Below, in pieces: positions 7,225-9,746 of a stretch of 9,746 bases of DNA (position 1 is the stretch's first letter; the number at the start of each line of letters is the position of its first letter). Under the pieces are notes generated by a model. That model searched no databases, was not told where the DNA came from, and was given only the letters and a program-made list of their open reading frames with translations. Source of the stretch: Octopus sinensis. Lineage: Eukaryota. The position numbers and the translations under genes were made by a program. Location: contig NW_021827881.1 of the NCBI RefSeq assembly GCF_006345805.1, positions 1 through 9,746 on the forward strand. Reading direction: 5' to 3'.

Positions 7225-7300
7225 GCATATGGCGTAGTGGTTAAGAGCACGGGCTATTTACCCCAAGATTCCGAGTTCGATTCCAGGCAGAAACCTGAAT
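7225..7300 (+). mobile_element. Short tRNA-derived SINE or tRNA pseudogene
   Basis: A box TGGCGTAGTGG (7230-7240) and B box GTTCGATTC (7275-7283) at tRNA-like spacing, with a GGG-loop-CCC anticodon-like stem. Acceptor and T stems do not pair. Confidence 0.75.
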
Positions 7301-7705
7301 AATCATTTTTTTCTGTTTTAAAGCCTTGTACTTATTCTACGGTTCTGTTTTGCCGAACCGTGAGATTACGAGAACGTAAACACACCAACACCTGTTTTCA
7401 AGCGGTGGTACTGGACAAACAGACAAACAGACACACAACATGCATTTGTTCCTGTATGTGTGTGTTTGTGTGTATGAGGAGCTTCTTTCAGTTTCCGTCT
7501 ACCAAATCCAATCACAAGGCTTTGGTCGGCCCGAGGCTATAGTAGAAGACACTTGCCCAATGTGCCACGCAATAGGACTGAATCCGGAAACGTGTGTGAT
7601 TCGGAAGCAATCTTCTTACCTCACAGCCACACCTGTGCCTTTGATCAGTGTTAGGCAGTCTTCTCTACAAATGGCGTATAACTAATAGCTGATGTAAATG
7701 GCCGC

Positions 7706-7738
7706 TGGTTGGTTGGCTGGTTGGCCGGTTGGTTGGTG
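7706..7738. repeat. (TGGT)n tetranucleotide repeat
   Basis: tggttggttggctggttggccggttggttgg. Confidence 0.85.
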
Positions 7739-8066
7739 GCTCAAGTCACATTTTACATCGCACAGAGAGAAAATAAAAGAGATATATATAGAGAGAATCA
7801 ACATGGGGGACGCAGTGTGAGTACTAGGTTTGGTGGCTGGAAATGAGTAAAAAAACGCTACGCACAGTATGAAAGAATCGTAGACATAGAAAGAGAAGGA
7901 AAGAGAGGAAAAGAAAAGGAAATAAATAAATGATAGTGTAGTTATGAGAAGAATTATATAAATGAGAAAATTCTTTTAATTTTATTTTAAGGCAACGAAG
8001 AATTTTTCTTTTCGCTATTAATATTCATTTCATTATTTTGTATAAGCACCAAGAAATTTGATAAAA

Positions 8067-8366
8067 GTTAAATTGGAGACCTTCTTCGGTCATGAATGAC
8101 CATGGGATTGTACCTAGAAAGTTACCCTCCGAGGCACAAGTCCGGGCAATGTTGTTTTTATGGAAGACCAGCAGTCAGCTGTGCATACCAGCCTCTCCTT
8201 TCCACACCACCAATGTTATCCAAGGGAAAGGCAAAAGGGCCGATACAGCTTGGCACCAGTGATGTCGCAACTAATTTCTACAGCTGAGTGAACTGGAGCA
8301 ACGTGAAATAAAGAGTCTTGCTCAAGAACACAACACGCAGCGCGGTCCGCGAATCGAACTCACAAT
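8067..8366 (-). mobile_element. tRNA-derived SINE of a second family, A-box part of the head lost
   Basis: B box GAGTTCGATTC on the minus strand (8361-8351), followed by gcgtgttgtgttcttgagcaagactctttatttcacgttgctccagttcactcagctg..., recalled as an Octopus SINE body. Confidence 0.7.
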
Positions 8367-8383
8367 CCCTCCCCTCCCCTGAA

Positions 8384-8493
8384 GGTACGCATGTCTGTGG
8401 AGTGCTCAGCCACTTGCGCATTAGCTTCACGAGCAAGCTGTTGTGCTGATTTGATCGAATAGAACCCTCGCCGTCGTAATCGATGGAGCGCCG
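8384..8493 (+). mobile_element. 3' part of a related SINE subfamily, opposite orientation to 8067-8366
   Basis: gtacgcatgtctgtggagtgctcagccacttgcgcattagcttcacgagcaagctg...gaaccctcgccgtcgtaatcgatggagcgcc, recalled as an Octopus SINE 3' region. No second copy in the window to confirm it. Confidence 0.5.
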
Positions 8494-8625
8494 GTTATTG
8501 TTCTGAATGTACCTCATGAATTATTGTAAGCCATATTTTGGGATATTACTCATGGTAGCAAAAGTATATTTCGAAAGGTGCCCATCATACGACAGGTAAC
8601 ATTGTGGCATTGTAATAACAGCCAA

Positions 8626-8796
8626 AAGCGTCGGTCTGCCAGAATCGTTAGGACTTTGGCAAAAATTATTTGTAATATTCCTTCTTGTTCTTCACGCTCT
8701 GATTTATCCCACCGAGGTCATCCTCGTCTTTCATTCCCCTGGTACCAATAAATAAAGTTCCAATCACGTACTGGAATCGATAGTATTGATTAATCC
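8626..8796 (+). mobile_element. Decayed SINE copy
   Basis: ctgccagaatcgttagg...cttcacgctctga...ccaccgaggtca...tctttcattcc...aataaataaagttccaatcacgtactggaatcgat aligns with the reverse complement of 8826-9033. Confidence 0.65.
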
Positions 8797-8825
8797 GTCA
8801 TGAAAATTGCTGGTTTTATTCCTAA

Positions 8826-9033
8826 ACCCTTTTCTATTGTAGACAAGAAATATAGAATTTGTGGCTAGGCGTCAGTTGATTACATCGGCCATAGCAGTTG
8901 ACTGGTACTTATTTTATCAACCCCGAAAGGCAAAGTGGATCCCAGCGGAATTTGAACTGAGAACGTAAAGTCTGAAGCAATGTTGCTAAGCATTTTGCCG
9001 AGCGTAGTAACGATTCTGGCAACTTGTTGCCTT
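8826..9033 (-). mobile_element. Near-complete SINE copy, the best preserved of its family in the window
   Basis: Minus strand: aaggcaacaagttgccagaatcgttactacgctcggcaaaatgcttagc...ttacgttctcagttcaaattccgctgggatccactttgcctttcggggttgataaaataagtaccagt...gatgtaatcaactg...tctacaatagaaaagg, with B-box-like GTTCAAATTCC. Confidence 0.8.
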
Positions 9034-9077
9034 TTCCGTATTCATAAAAGAAAACAAAAAAGTATCAATAGAATGGC

Positions 9078-9249
9078 AAGGACGATTAGCTGACAGAAAC
9101 GTTAGAAGCGTTGGACAAATGCTTTGCGGTGTTGCTCCGATTCTTTGCGTTTTTTTGGTTCAAGTCACGCGAAGATCATCTTTACCATTTTATCTTCCGT
9201 TGTCGATAAAACACAGTACCTTTCATATACTGGAACCTATATAATCAAC
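9078..9249 (+). mobile_element. Decayed SINE copy
   Basis: agctgacagaaacgttagaagcgttggacaaatgctttgcggt...ggttcaagtcacgcgaagatca...tgtcgataaaacacagtacc...tactggaacctatataatcaac has the same motif order as the other copies. Confidence 0.65.
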
Positions 9250-9746
9250 AATTCTGGTAAAGGACCTACGTAAAAATACTATTATAATGCAAACTTTTCA
9301 CCAGGTGAAATATGCTTGAGGTATATCCGAACCTGTAAGAAAACAATTCTCTGTATTTTATCATAGATAAAATTTCTAGCTTTAGACAAATCGGTGTAAA
9401 TACTCCGAGTCAGTCCGGATAGGGTTCCACTGCTTGGATTTGAACATATAATTTAGTGTTTCAAGGAATTTTCATTCTACAACGATCGGAAATACATAGT
9501 TTCGCTTCCCAACGTTCGAAGTTCAAATCGTAATGAAAGGAACTTAATCTTTTATTCAACCATAAGAGGGATCGTAGAAGCTTCTTCCTTGTAAGACTGA
9601 CTGTAAACGTCTATAATATATAGGGACAGCGTACCATTGAAAGAAGAGGAAAAAAACCTAACGAATGTTTCAGGGAATACTAGACTGTCTCGTCGCTTCG
9701 GCGAATGAGGGGTGAGCAAGACACAGCTGCACAATGTCCTTAGCTC

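Larger units (their letters stand above)
6975..7640 (-). mobile_element. Large composite tRNA-derived SINE: head and central domain about 7640-7478, simple-repeat spacer, middle about 7410-7306, tail about 7070-6975; interrupted by an insertion at about 7071-7305
   Basis: Minus-strand head has A-box-like TGGCTGTGAGG (7629-7619) and B-box-like GGATTCAGTCC (7585-7575), followed by ttgggcaagtgtcttctactatagcctcgggccgaccaaagccttgtg, where ttgggcaagt resembles CORE-SINE domains. The tail matches 6352-6435. Joining the segments into one element relies on my recollection of the Octopus consensus. Confidence 0.7.

Noticed and set aside
7225-7296. Functional tRNA gene
   Set aside because: A and B boxes are present but the acceptor and T stems do not pair, so it is treated as a SINE or pseudogene.
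1-9746. CRISPR array, prokaryotic operon or defence system
   Set aside because: No regularly spaced direct repeats with unique spacers and no gene-dense organisation. The content is eukaryotic transposons and microsatellites.

Overview
AT-rich animal non-coding DNA made almost entirely of decayed transposable elements and microsatellites. The SINE and LINE fragments resemble repeats I recall from Octopus genomes; this assignment is from memory, not a database result. No intact protein-coding gene, CRISPR array or prokaryotic system is supported. Best-supported features: (1) a full-length, inactivated 1285-bp DD34D mariner (1869-3153) with TIRs and a TA target duplication; (2) a Helitron RepHel helicase C-terminal fragment (3623-4058); (3) a 626-bp internally deleted Tc1/mariner-superfamily element (4256-4881); (4) two different RTE-clade LINE 3' fragments (489-833 minus; 5478-5633 plus, with a 10-bp target duplication); (5) about a dozen tRNA-derived SINE pieces on both strands. 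Structures these features do not explain are a 98-nt hairpin that pairs best on the minus strand (1242-1339), a 157-bp foldback ending exactly where the Helitron fragment starts (3466-3622), and two possible decayed hammerhead-ribozyme halves. These are candidates for follow-up. I cannot support a new biological system from the sequence alone.
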